IMG/VR virus record: IMGVR_UViG_3300009103_002144
Location: 32,001-96,000 of that record
DNA length: 64,000 bases
Source of the DNA: a virus
Strand: one strand, 5' to 3'
Shown here: positions 1 through 10,400 of the stretch, in pieces
How positions within the stretch are numbered: position 1 is the first letter of the stretch
Layout: each line of letters opens with the position of its first letter
Notes under the pieces: model-generated
Told to the model about the DNA's origin: nothing
Seen by the model: only the letters and a program-made list of their open reading frames with translations
Databases searched by the model: none
Position numbers and translations under genes: made by a program

Positions 1-2
1 GC

Positions 3-3000
3 TAATGCTATTGTATATGAATCTCTATTCGCACCTTCCGTATTCCGGAATTTTCTATAAAATGTTCTTGTACCGGAATTTATACCACTATAATTTGGAT
101 TACCAGAAGGTGCAAAAGCCAAAGAACCACCATCGGTGGAATTTCTAAAGTCTCCACTTAATAATCCTTCATCAGGTGCAACCAACTTATTATTATAGAC
201 CAGCAAGCCATTGGCATGCCCACCCGAACCAGACATATGAATTGAGCTATCCCAATCAAGAGATCCCCCAGTAACATCTGTCTGATTTGCGAAACTTCCA
301 CTTTGTGCTCTATAGGTCTCACCAGTAAACGTTTCATTTGTTACAGTGGCTGTTTCTGTAACGTTCCATAGCAAAAATCCTGAAGCAGAAGTTGAGCCGC
401 CGTCTGTTAAATTTGCCTTCAGCGGATGAGTGACTGTCACAGCTGCCGATACTGACCCATTCAACATAGTCTCATCTGTGATCGTAGCAGAGCCTGTTAA
501 CGAAAGAACCTTTTCAGAATTTTCGCCGGCTCCGGTGTTGATTGTGGGCTTTGCAATATTAGCAATACTGAGATTTGTGGTGGTAAATGTAATCGCATTT
601 GAGTCGTAACATGTCTTATATGCATTGCTCACGTCAACACGATACTCTGCTGTACCAGACCTAAAGAATGAAACTCCTGATAGTTGCTTAAGGCCGCCGG
701 CATCGACTGCTGTAATCTGGTTATTGCTGGCAGCTAATGCACTAGAATTAGAATCATTTACCCACTCAACGTAATTTGTTAATGAAGATGTAATATTGTT
801 TACAACACGCGTAACCCTAGAATAATTCCACCCATTTCGTTGGTCCCCAGTTCCTACCTGCCAATCACCTGTTCGATGTTTGAATGTATTGAATGAAGAC
901 CCATCCTGTTGTTTTGCTGATCCTGTCTGAGAAAGATTGATAAACCCAGAGCCATTAGACCCAGTACTAATAAATGTACCGCTTCCAGGGTTACCACTAC
1001 CCACAGAAGTGCTAGATAAAGAAGCTGTATGGATAACTGTACCGTTAACTTCAAGTTGTATTATACCTACATCTGCATCACCAAATGAATATTGAGGATA
1101 ATTGAGCTGATTATTGGCATAACGATTTTCTGGAACGTCGGAATTTAGAGTACCATCCATTACTGTGGCACCGGTAAAAATTGCTCTCCTTAGATTGCCG
1201 CTATTTGTCGCAACTTCGTATAGCCCATTTACATCAACTGCTATTCCGTAACCCGCTGATGAGCCAACGTCAGTATATCCAGAAGCTGCTGCACTTGAAC
1301 CGAAAGAAAGATATGCAGCTGTACCTGTATCGCTTGAGTCAACATTATCGAGAGCAGGAGCGGGTGATGGAGCAAGATCAAGTAAAACTTCGTTGAACCT
1401 ATCTACAGCTGTTCCAATAGCCGTACCATAAGCAAAGTCTGTAAATAAGCCGTCCCCATAAGTGCCATCTTCGGCAATCCCAATGACAGGTTTAATCGTA
1501 ACTTGTCCGCCACCATCATTCGTCACTAAGCTTGAAGTAAATACGAACTTTGAGACTCCAGAGACGGTATCACTGCCAGCTTGGGAAACGCTTACGGTAC
1601 CTCCTCCAGTATTCGAAGAAGATATCACCAGTTGCCCAGATGACGATGTAGTGACACTAACACTTCCCGTCCCTATAAGATATGGTGTAGAACCGTCGCT
1701 AAGCATCTGAAGGGAGCCTGTTAACCCTGTCTTGAATATTGCACTACTCTCAACGCCCAATGTTCCTGTCACGCCTACATTTCCGCTAAACTGAGAGCCG
1801 GTTAATGTCGCGACGATCGAATCTTTAACAGAAAATACATCGCTAGTAAGTTTCAGTCCTGTTCCAGCTGTGTAGGTACGACCTTGACTTGCGCTAACAA
1901 TAACTTGGCCACTTGACGCAGTGGATACACTCACTGCACCTGTGCCTATGAGATATCTCGTGGAGCCATTGCTTAGCATCTGAAGGGAGCCTGTTAACCC
2001 TGTCCGGAATACCGCGTTACCCTCTACCTCTAAAGACCCAGTAACACCAATATTTCCACTAAACTGGGAGCCGGTTAGAGTTGCGACAATCGAATCTTTA
2101 ACGGAAAATACATCTTCCGATAGCCTTATACCGGTACCAGGAGAATAAATCTTTCCAGCACTAGAGCTAACCACTACCTGACCGGCTGAGGAGGTTGAAA
2201 CATTCACTGATCCGGTTCCAACTATGTACCGAGTTGTACCGTCGTTAAGCATTTGGAGAGAACCTGTAAATGCAGGTGCTGTTACGGCTCCACTAAAAAC
2301 CGACCCTGTAAGTGTGGCAACAATGGAGTCAAGAATATCTAGAGTATATGCGCCAGCTGCGCCACCATCGGTTCCTTTTAAGCCAGTCCCAGGTGTCATT
2401 ACCCGCTCTGCTGTTAGAGAGCCCGTTGGAGTAAGAACTAAATACTCTGCCCTTTTATCGCTGTTACCTCCACCGGGCGAACCTCCAGCAATAGTATATG
2501 ATATTAACACGCTACCGTTTGATTGGGTAACTATCTCAATTTGGTTTCCAGCCCTTAGATATGATGATCCATCTATGAGTTTCGTCAAAGACCCAGATAG
2601 ATTTAGTGCGGTAGTCTTGCCGGCAAGAGATGTCCACCCACGAAAAATTGAATTCTTCTCAACTTCCAAAGATCCTGTTATGCCAATATCACCACTAAAT
2701 TGTGAGCCAGTCAAGCAAGCCACAACTGAATTATCGATAATAACATTTTGAGCCGCTGAACCATCAAACGTAAATGCCTTGATTCCGACCCCTTGTGATA
2801 GAGAATTTGGGACTTTCTGTACGTTCAGATTTCCAGACCCATCAGTACTGATTGTATTACTATCAATCTTGATCGCAATTTCAGCAGGGTTGGTATTTCC
2901 GTTGAATGTTATGTCAATTCCTGTTCCCTCATTCATTATAGCAGTACGATCAACTAAATCGACCAGCGTTCCCACGAGCTGTTTCGTGATTGTAGTTCCA

Positions 3001-4391
3001 CCATTTGACAAAATTGCATACGATGCTCTATCACCCGATTGTGCTAAACTAGTAGAATCTATTGCAACTGTCGCATTTCCAGTTCCATCATAAGAGAACG
3101 TACCAATACCAGAACCCTGACTAAGTGTACCACCGGTGCCAAGAGAGGAAGCAATCGTGATTTGTCCTGTCGTAGGTGTATCATAAGATATTGTAACATT
3201 GCTACCAGCGACAAGGTACGGTACTCCACTGGAGACCTCATCATGAACTGCTAGAATTGTACCAAATGTATTTGTTCCTGTGAATGTATTGTTCCCGGAA
3301 AATGTGTTTGTACCCGTAAAGGTATCATTACCAGAGTGAGTATCATTACCAGAAAACGTATTGTTCCCCACAAAAGCGTTACTAGATGCTAGCATCGGGA
3401 CTGTGGTTGTGTCGATACCAATCGTGGCTGTGCCAGAACCATCATATGAAAAATTCGCAATACCAGTTGTTTCTGAAAGTGCGTTGGGAACCTTTGCGAC
3501 GCTTATACCACTCCCACCAACGCTTAACGTTGTACCATCTAAGTTTATTGAAATCCCAGCTACGGCGAGATCTAAACTAGCATCAGCTAGCTTAATTTTT
3601 AGTGCATCACTACTGACCTCTAATCCGCCTCCAGAACCCGTCGCAACAAGGATCCTATCTGTAGTCGAACCGTCCCACGTGCTATTTCCAGACTGTAGTT
3701 GTAGAGGTGCGCCTATCGTTAATGCGCTCACAGAGCCGCCACCACCAAGAGCTAGAAGCGTTGCAACAGTACATTTTCTCGGAAAACCTGATACCCCACT
3801 CGTTACGTCTCCAAACATTATTAGATCAGATGTTGTCGGAGTGACACTGGACAGATTATCAAAATCGACCCTTATTCCAGCTGATGAGATTACGTTGACA
3901 CCTCCGTTACTAACAAAATCCGGTGTCAGTGTTACAGCGGCAGAACCGTCATATGTAGTTCCTGAGTCTAATTGCAATCCATTTCCAATTGTCAACGGAT
4001 TGTTAGAAAATCCAGATGCGCCGATCGTAATCTGTCCATCTGAGCCCGTGGCAATAGTGATATTTGACCCTTCTTTTAGATATGAAGAGCCATCTGCTAA
4101 GTTTGTCAGAGAACCTGTCAGGGCAATCGATTTCACAAGCTGTGTGTTAATCGTGGGTGCGCCGAGTGACTCGCTTGCAGTAACATACGTATTACTAGCG
4201 ACAAATGATGAAGCGTTAATATTACCGTATACGATCAGTGACTTGTCGAATTCAGTATCTGCGGATGACTCGCCAGGAAGGCCAACTTGAAATGCTTGAG
4301 GCGTGATGATCTTAACGATGTCATCATTACGTTGCGATCGTATTACAAGAAAATCAGTTTTTCTTATGTCTGTTCTGTCTTGATCGGCCAT
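3..4391 (-). CDS. Large Gly/Ser/Thr-rich tail fibre / virion structural protein, 3'-partial (>1463 aa); absent from the ORF track because it runs off the window
   Basis: ATG at 4391 (MADQDRTDIRKTDFLVIRSQRNDDIVKIITPQAFQVG...), 23 nt after the stop of the upstream gene. My manual translation stays open in one frame to position 3 (...RTFYRKFRNTEGANRDSYTIAL). Contains hexapeptide and 91-aa internal repeats typical of fibres. Confidence 0.85.
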   Translation of the reverse strand, partial: MADQDRTDIRKTDFLVIRSQRNDDIVKIITPQAFQVGLPGESSADTEFDKSLIVYGNINASSFVASNTYVTASESLGAPTINTQLVKSIALTGSLTNLADGSSYLKEGSNITIATGSDGQITIGASGFSNNPLTIGNGLQLDSGTTYDGSAAVTLTPDFVSNGGVNVISSAGIRVDFDNLSSVTPTTSDLIMFGDVTSGVSGFPRKCTVATLLALGGGGSVSALTIGAPLQLQSGNSTWDGSTTDRILVATGSGGGLEVSSDALKIKLADASLDLAVAGISINLDGTTLSVGGSGISVAKVPNALSETTGIANFSYDGSGTATIGIDTTTVPMLASSNAFVGNNTFSGNDTHSGNDTFTGTNTFSGNNTFTGTNTFGTILAVHDEVSSGVPYLVAGSNVTISYDTPTTGQITIASSLGTGGTLSQGSGIGTFSYDGTGNATVAIDSTSLAQSGDRASYAILSNGGTTITKQLVGTLVDLVDRTAIMNEGTGIDITFNGNTNPAEIAIKIDSNTISTDGSGNLNVQKVPNSLSQGVGIKAFTFDGSAAQNVIIDNSVVACLTGSQFSGDIGITGSLEVEKNSIFRGWTSLAGKTTALNLSGSLTKLIDGSSYLRAGNQIEIVTQSNGSVLISYTIAGGSPGGGNSDKRAEYLVLTPTGSLTAERVMTPGTGLKGTDGGAAGAYTLDILDSIVATLTGSVFSGAVTAPAFTGSLQMLNDGTTRYIVGTGSVNVSTSSAGQVVVSSSAGKIYSPGTGIRLSEDVFSVKDSIVATLTGSQFSGNIGVTGSLEVEGNAVFRTGLTGSLQMLSNGSTRYLIGTGAVSVSTASSGQVIVSASQGRTYTAGTGLKLTSDVFSVKDSIVATLTGSQFSGNVGVTGTLGVESSAIFKTGLTGSLQMLSDGSTPYLIGTGSVSVTTSSSGQLVISSSNTGGGTVSVSQAGSDTVSGVSKFVFTSSLVTNDGGGQVTIKPVIGIAEDGTYGDGLFTDFAYGTAIGTAVDRFNEVLLDLAPSPAPALDNVDSSDTGTAAYLSFGSSAAASGYTDVGSSAGYGIAVDVNGLYEVATNSGNLRRAIFTGATVMDGTLNSDVPENRYANNQLNYPQYSFGDADVGIIQLEVNGTVIHTASLSSTSVGSGNPGSGTFISTGSNGSGFINLSQTGSAKQQDGSSFNTFKHRTGDWQVGTGDQRNGWNYSRVTRVVNNITSSLTNYVEWVNDSNSSALAASNNQITAVDAGGLKQLSGVSFFRSGTAEYRVDVSNAYKTCYDSNAITFTTTNLSIANIAKPTINTGAGENSEKVLSLTGSATITDETMLNGSVSAAVTVTHPLKANLTDGGSTSASGFLLWNVTETATVTNETFTGETYRAQSGSFANQTDVTGGSLDWDSSIHMSGSGGHANGLLVYNNKLVAPDEGLLSGDFRNSTDGGSLAFAPSGNPNYSGINSGTRTFYRKFRNTEGANRDSYTIAL
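1620..2340 (-). repeat. Intragenic tandem repeat, 273-bp (91-aa) period, about 2.6 copies
   Basis: Equivalent positions at 1708, 1981 and 2254 (tgaagggagcctgttaaccctgtc at 1708 and 1981). Protein unit: DSIVATLTGSQFSG...TGLTGSLQML.DG.T.Y..GTG.V.V.T.S.GQ. Confidence 0.9.
3261..3381 (-). repeat. 18-bp (hexapeptide) tandem repeat G-x-[N/D]-T-[F/H]-[S/T], about 6-7 copies
   Basis: Translates as SNAFV GNNTFS GNDTHS GNDTFT GTNTFS GNNTFT GTNTFG. Confidence 0.9.
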
Positions 4392-4414
4392 TCATCTCTC
4401 GCCACCCTCTTGAA

Positions 4415-7400
4415 TCAGCCCAGTGAGCTAAGGAACGGCGAGGCCGTAAATGATTGTACAAGAGGACTAATAGTTACTGTCTGTCTACTAAATAGGAAGG
4501 TCCGTGATGTTTCACCCTCTTTGTAAGGAACAGAAGATGTCATTTCGCTACTAACGTTCAAGCAAGACGTCTCCCTGGGGTCGCTAAGTGGGAGCCCATC
4601 CCCGTCTACGAAAATACATGATACGGCCGGTTCTTGCAAGCCTGCTGGAGTGTGTTCGTCTCCAGTATCATAAAATCTCGAGTACTGCCTCTGCTCAAGC
4701 ATATCCCTGAATTGTCCGAACCTATCATACCTAAACACTGCAGAAGTTGACTGCTTTCTAAAATTAATAAGGCCGTACTTCCATCCCGATGGATGATCCA
4801 ATTGTGCTTTTGGAGCCCAGTTGGTGAAACCAATCTGTGTTGTGTCTGTGTTTGGAAACAGTCGGCCGACTGTTGGAAGCGGACGATCACCCCACTCTGT
4901 TTTCCAGAAACCAAATATAGAAGCCATGACAATGTTTAGCTGACCAGCTGGATTATCAACTTTTTTCGCGCCGGACCATGCCTGAGTGTTGCCCTTGGGC
5001 TTTGCCCAGCTTATTGCCTCAAACATACGATCATTGACCCCATCCGCTATTCTGATTGATGTTACGAGAGCCTGAGAGCCTGTAGGGAACGTTCGACCGG
5101 AATTTGATAATTTCGCCAATGCACTCTTCCAAGCCAGCGCGTTCTGATAGTTGTCTTTTGGAACAAATACAGACGCTCGTGAACCAGATGTATTCAGCCC
5201 TTCGGTCGTTACGATTGCTCTTTTAAGTGTACTATACCTTTCCTCGAATGGAAATGATGGTAAATAATAGGGGTTTGGCCACATTGGACGTTCGTCGAGC
5301 TCCTCGTTAGGAGTCGCCTCCGTGCCTCCATTCCAGGGTGTGGACCAAGTGTAGACCCATGATGTAGTACCAAGATTAAACGAGAGAGTTTTATCCGTTT
5401 GGGCCGAATCGAAGGCTTCGGGAGAGGGTCCCGAGATTTGAGGCCCGGATACACCCCCTGACATCAATAAGTCTATATCCCACATCCGGGATGGGTTGGG
5501 AGGGAATGAATCATAGTAATATTCACTATCATCAGACAATCGAACAAAGCGCTGGATCGACCCAGAAATTCCCATGCTTATCGAAGTTGAAGGAGCCTTT
5601 GGCCAGTATGGTGTAGTGCCGGCATCTCCGGCGATTCCATCAGCATCAGGTAGACCAAGGCCGAACCATGTCTTTTGATTATCCCTGGCATTAGGTCTAT
5701 AAACACGTCTGGTATATTCTCCATATACAGAATAGGGACCACCAAGCGGTACGTAAGATGGTGAAAGGCGCGAAAAGGGAGATCGAATTAGAAGATTAAT
5801 GCCTTCCGTAAATTGGGGAAGTGCCATATCATATCTATTTCTCTGAGTATATTGGATATTACCCGTAATATGATGTGCAATATAGCTTCCTGTGTAAGCA
5901 TACGTTGGCTCAATCTGGAACTGGTCAGTTACAGGGGCGCCCATAATAGCTTGATGTACAACATTTGTACGCTGGGGTGGGACCGTTGAATCAGGTGGTA
6001 GGTGCTTTTTATTTCTAAGAAGAGTACCATAAAGAACGAGCTTAGCATTTCGTGACTTCTTCAGTGTAAATGAACTCCTTGGCTCATAAACAGTCTCCAT
6101 ATTTGCGTTATTTATGCTTACCTTCTTGGCATTACGTGTTATTACCTTGTTGGGTCCACGACGAAGGTGATACCCACCTTGACCACGAGAATCTACTTTT
6201 TCAGATCGGGCGGAGTCTAGAGCATAGTTCCACTCAGGATTGTAAGCAGATCCAGTTGGTATCCCTTGTCTATCATAAACCCCATCCCTCCAAGGACCGT
6301 ATGGGTTAACGTTCGGGTTCATAGGTATTGTATTATTTCCACGATTGCCGCCCTGGAGAGACGGCTGGAACCCCAATACAATCTCATCACCGGGCATCAA
6401 GAGATATAGGCTTGTCTTTGGTTTGTCTAAGTAAAGTGACGCGGAGGTAATAGGCGCATACGCACGGCTCCATTCAACTGGGGATAGGCCAAGCTCCTTT
6501 TGTTGTTGCTCTTGATTGTAGGAGCCCACTCCCACCTGATTAACTCTACCAGCCAATACCCCTTCAGCTTCAACCATTCCAAATGGATTGTTCCAGTTCG
6601 CATTCGCGCTATACCCAGCTCTGAATAGTCCAGGTCCCGGGGCCCACTGTGGTACGTTGGACTCAAGCATCTCGCGGCGGGTTCCAGATATTTGGTAAGT
6701 CGTTATTGGCCTATTTGCAGCCATTGCAGCCACGTAGCGTCTACCTGATGTTAATTGTGGAGGGTTACCAACCAGATGTTGCCACTCGCTCGCTTGAGTG
6801 TCACCAATATAGCCACCCTCAATAGCATAAGCACGCCACCAAATTCTATCATTCGCAAACCGAGAATTCTCCCCATGCTCTCTTGTCGTATGATTCACCT
6901 CATAGTCGGCTGCGCCCGCCATGGCTCCTGTGCCAACCAGATACTGCCTCTTTGCTGGGGCAGTGTGAACGAATAAAGCAGAGGAATCGCCAGCTGATAT
7001 AGGCTGTGATTTAATATCTGAAACGATCCTAAATTTTCCAGCGTTTAATAGTCTGCGCTCTTTGAACGTTGCACGAAGCTTATGGTCCCCGTTAAATCGA
7101 CCAGCCAGATCTCCGGGTGGGAATACTGTACTTGCAGTTAGAATTGTGAAACCTGCCTCGCCGCCATTAACGTCTGTCCGAGAGTGCTTCATTTTCCAAG
7201 TAACTTCAATATCAAGATCTCTAGAAAGACCTGCATCTAACCAATTAGATAATTTGACGGGAGCACTGGAAGTTATATATCTATCTGTTCGGCGATAGGC
7301 AGGGACGTTGATATCGCACCATCCTCCAATACCGCCACGAGCCCAGTTGCGCCCAGGATTGTGGAACGACCCAAAGATGGCTAAATCAGGATGTGTTCCA

Positions 7401-10400
7401 CTTGGCACCGGGGTCGTAGGTGAACTAATAAGACTAAATCCTGATCTTGTGATAGCTGTCCCATGCCAGGGTTGAGACGCTGAGGAAACCATGGACCCAA
7501 TATAGTCTGATCCTGTAGGAGAGTGGCCGCCTACTGCATACCAGGGATATGTCAGCATTGTTGATGGGCGGCCTTGGACTGCCAGGGTTGTCCAGTCACC
7601 GTTTGTTTCTCCCTTTCTATACCTTGGTCCAGAGACCAATCCAATGGGGGCAGAATCCATTGCAGAATTGTAATGCGTTCCGCACTGATAGCGCCAATCA
7701 ATTTGCATGTAGTTTAATTTTCCACCACACCACGAACCAGATTGAACCTCCCCATCGGATTGAACATTCGGTAAAGAAATTGGTACACTTGCCGGGGGTA
7801 CTCCCTTCATATACTTAACATCGTTACCGCCAGTCTTACCGGCGTTAGTCTGGCTATTTCCAATCAAAGGCATTGGGAAGCCTTGCCACCTGCCTCCACC
7901 GCCATTGGTCATCAAGTTGGTTGAGGTATCGACCACCCGGTCTGCGAAACCGCAATAGACAGGATTTTCAAACCATTGCTCCCACCTAAATTGCCTCATA
8001 AAAGGCTTGCCCGTTTTGTAGGGAGTAATATACGCATCGCTACTTACGCCAGCATCACCGACCGCGTCATATTCACTAAATCTCCAAAAAAGACCGTTAC
8101 CTGAACCAGCACCAGGATCCAAGTATAGCGGATTGCTCAAGGTGCCGGGCATATTCGTTCCACGACTTGACCACATCCCAGAAATCCCGTACTCCAGCGT
8201 TGGTCCGGGGGTGGGAAAGTTTGTGGATCCATATTGCGTTTTAGCTTGGTCAGAGCTTGTAGTGTAATATTGCGATTCAGGTGTCGAAGAGCCATTGGTG
8301 CTATTGTAGAGTAGCGTTTGGCTACCCCACGCAGATCGAGCACCAGGGCCCACAATCTTGTAATATGCGTCCAGTTGGGTCGACCCCACTTGAGCCCACC
8401 CAACATTCGTCGCACCCAGCTTTATGGCTTGAGAGTAAAATGACCTTGAAACCGGAAGTAAGTGTCCGTTAATATCAATTCCGGATGGGGCGTTTGTGGC
8501 GACATGGGAGACGGGCTGGCTTCCCTCTGCTAGTGAGGGACTTACGTAATAATTCTCTGGAGGGATAATCTCACCAGGTATTACTGCTTCAGCCGCAGCA
8601 TAGCCATAGTGGGTCATCTGTGCATACGTTATCAACTCCCTATTTGTTGTACGTGCTGATGAAGTAAATTCATTTAAGGTCTCTTCTATACGGATGCGCG
8701 ATCGGCGCCCCATGATTGGTGTGAATGAGGCCGCGTTCCCACCAACCCATCCGCCACCAAGACCATCTGCTGCAGCAGCTGCGAGGACGGCACTTTGATG
8801 GGACTGCTGCGGAAGATAACGGCCGGGAAGACCTGTAAGCGCTGAGGTGCCTCCATTGAGATGGTTGTAATTACCTACTACTGTAGATTTTGTTTCACCC
8901 TGGAGTCTCTCAAAACTATTCTTTTCTGGAGCTGTTATTATATCAAACTCACCCCCCACAAATCGATTCTTTCCCTTCTTCTGGTGAAGTAAAAAGAAAG
9001 TATCACACCGCCAGAATGGGGCACCCCCAGTAGCTTTCGGCATATAGTCGTCGGGATATTTCGTGGTGAAGGGGGTGCCGTCGTTGCGAATACCAGCCGT
9101 CCTCGTCATTATTCCACCAGATGTTATCGCAAATGAATCAATAAAACTTACATAATTTCTGGACTCAAAGTTCTTTTTGTTCCATCTTTGAAAATGGTCG
9201 GTAACTCGAGGATCAGATCCAGAAGAATAGTAATTCTGTGCATGGCCCGGATGGGGAGTATATGAACCAGTCACTAAGCCAGATATTCCCCCAAAAAGGA
9301 GCTTCACTGCGCCACCAGTGACGACACCATCACGTCGACCCTTATTTGCTGGGCCGTAGGCGGGCTGCGGTGCTCTTTCTATCTGAGGAAGAAAAACACC
9401 TGCAGGTATGTTATAGTATTGAGTTAATGTTGGTCTTGAGCTGTGATATCCAGTAACACTTGCAAGAAAATCAGGGTTCCCGATGGCTGCTGTATGCGCG
9501 TTCGATTCATTGTACCAACCCCTCCATTGTTGATGACCAATCCCAGAATATGTTCCTGGGTCATTTGATGTATCCTGGATAGCAAATAATCTATCAATGC
9601 TAATAGGGAAGCCGTGACCGTAGGTCGTACTACCAACAAGGCCTTTATTTACCTGAGCCTCGTTCCAGATGAATTCTTTGTAAAAATTAGATGCGGAGCT
9701 ACCAGCTTTTGCAACGTCCGGAGCTTCATTTTCATAAACGTCAAAAAACTCTGCGTATGCTGGTCTCGTACTACCTCCAACAAATGTTGGAAATGGACTC
9801 ATATGCGCTTGAGCCGTGAGCTGTGCGAGTGGAGTAAAGCCGAATTGTGCCGAGTCAGCAAGGCCGAGCGTCTCTTGGGCGGCGCCATACCTGGGCCACT
9901 GGTTTGAGATCTGTAGAACATTCGGGGTCACCACATTGTACCAACCCGGCGGGTCCGGGGCTGGCCAGTTGATGCTGGTCGAGTTTCCGAGCTCGAAACT
10001 TTCGTAAGACCTGTAGAACATGGAGGCTCCAGGAACTCCAGCCTTCGTTTTTGTGACCCCATGGTTCGCCCCAAATTTGAACTTGTACCATTGAGTGGCC
10101 TGTTTCCACCGCCCAGGTGTCTTAATATGTGTAGCAATCGAACCTGGTCCGGCTTCCTCGACCTCTGCATCAAATTCAACAGATATCTTTTCTAGCAAAA
10201 ATGGCTCGTTAATATAGTCGGCGATATTTATCGTCTGAGTCGACTCTGCAACATATTGATCAGTGTGTGGAAACCCATACATCGATGTAGGCCGACCACG
10301 AGTAGAAAGATCCATTAGCGCATTGGCGCCCTCATCAGAAAAAATGCTGAAGCCGGAAGTTCCGGCAAACCCAATAGAGCAAGAATTAAGCAAAAATGAT

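Noticed and set aside
1620-2340. Near-identical repeats considered as a DGR template/variable pair
   Set aside because: They are tandem and intragenic, differences are not adenine-specific, and no reverse transcriptase is present in the window.
3261-3381. Short periodic repeat considered as a CRISPR array (a Cas4-like gene is present in the window)
   Set aside because: The period is 18 bp, in frame, degenerate at synonymous positions and without spacers; it is a coding repeat. I saw no array elsewhere.
1181-4526. Plus-strand ORFs up to 309 aa (3361..4290, 2224..2751, 2779..3093 and others)
   Set aside because: Antisense shadows of the real minus-strand fibre gene (3..4391). The Gly/Ser/Thr-rich codon pattern leaves the opposite frame poor in stops, and the products are Pro/Val-rich with no family motifs.
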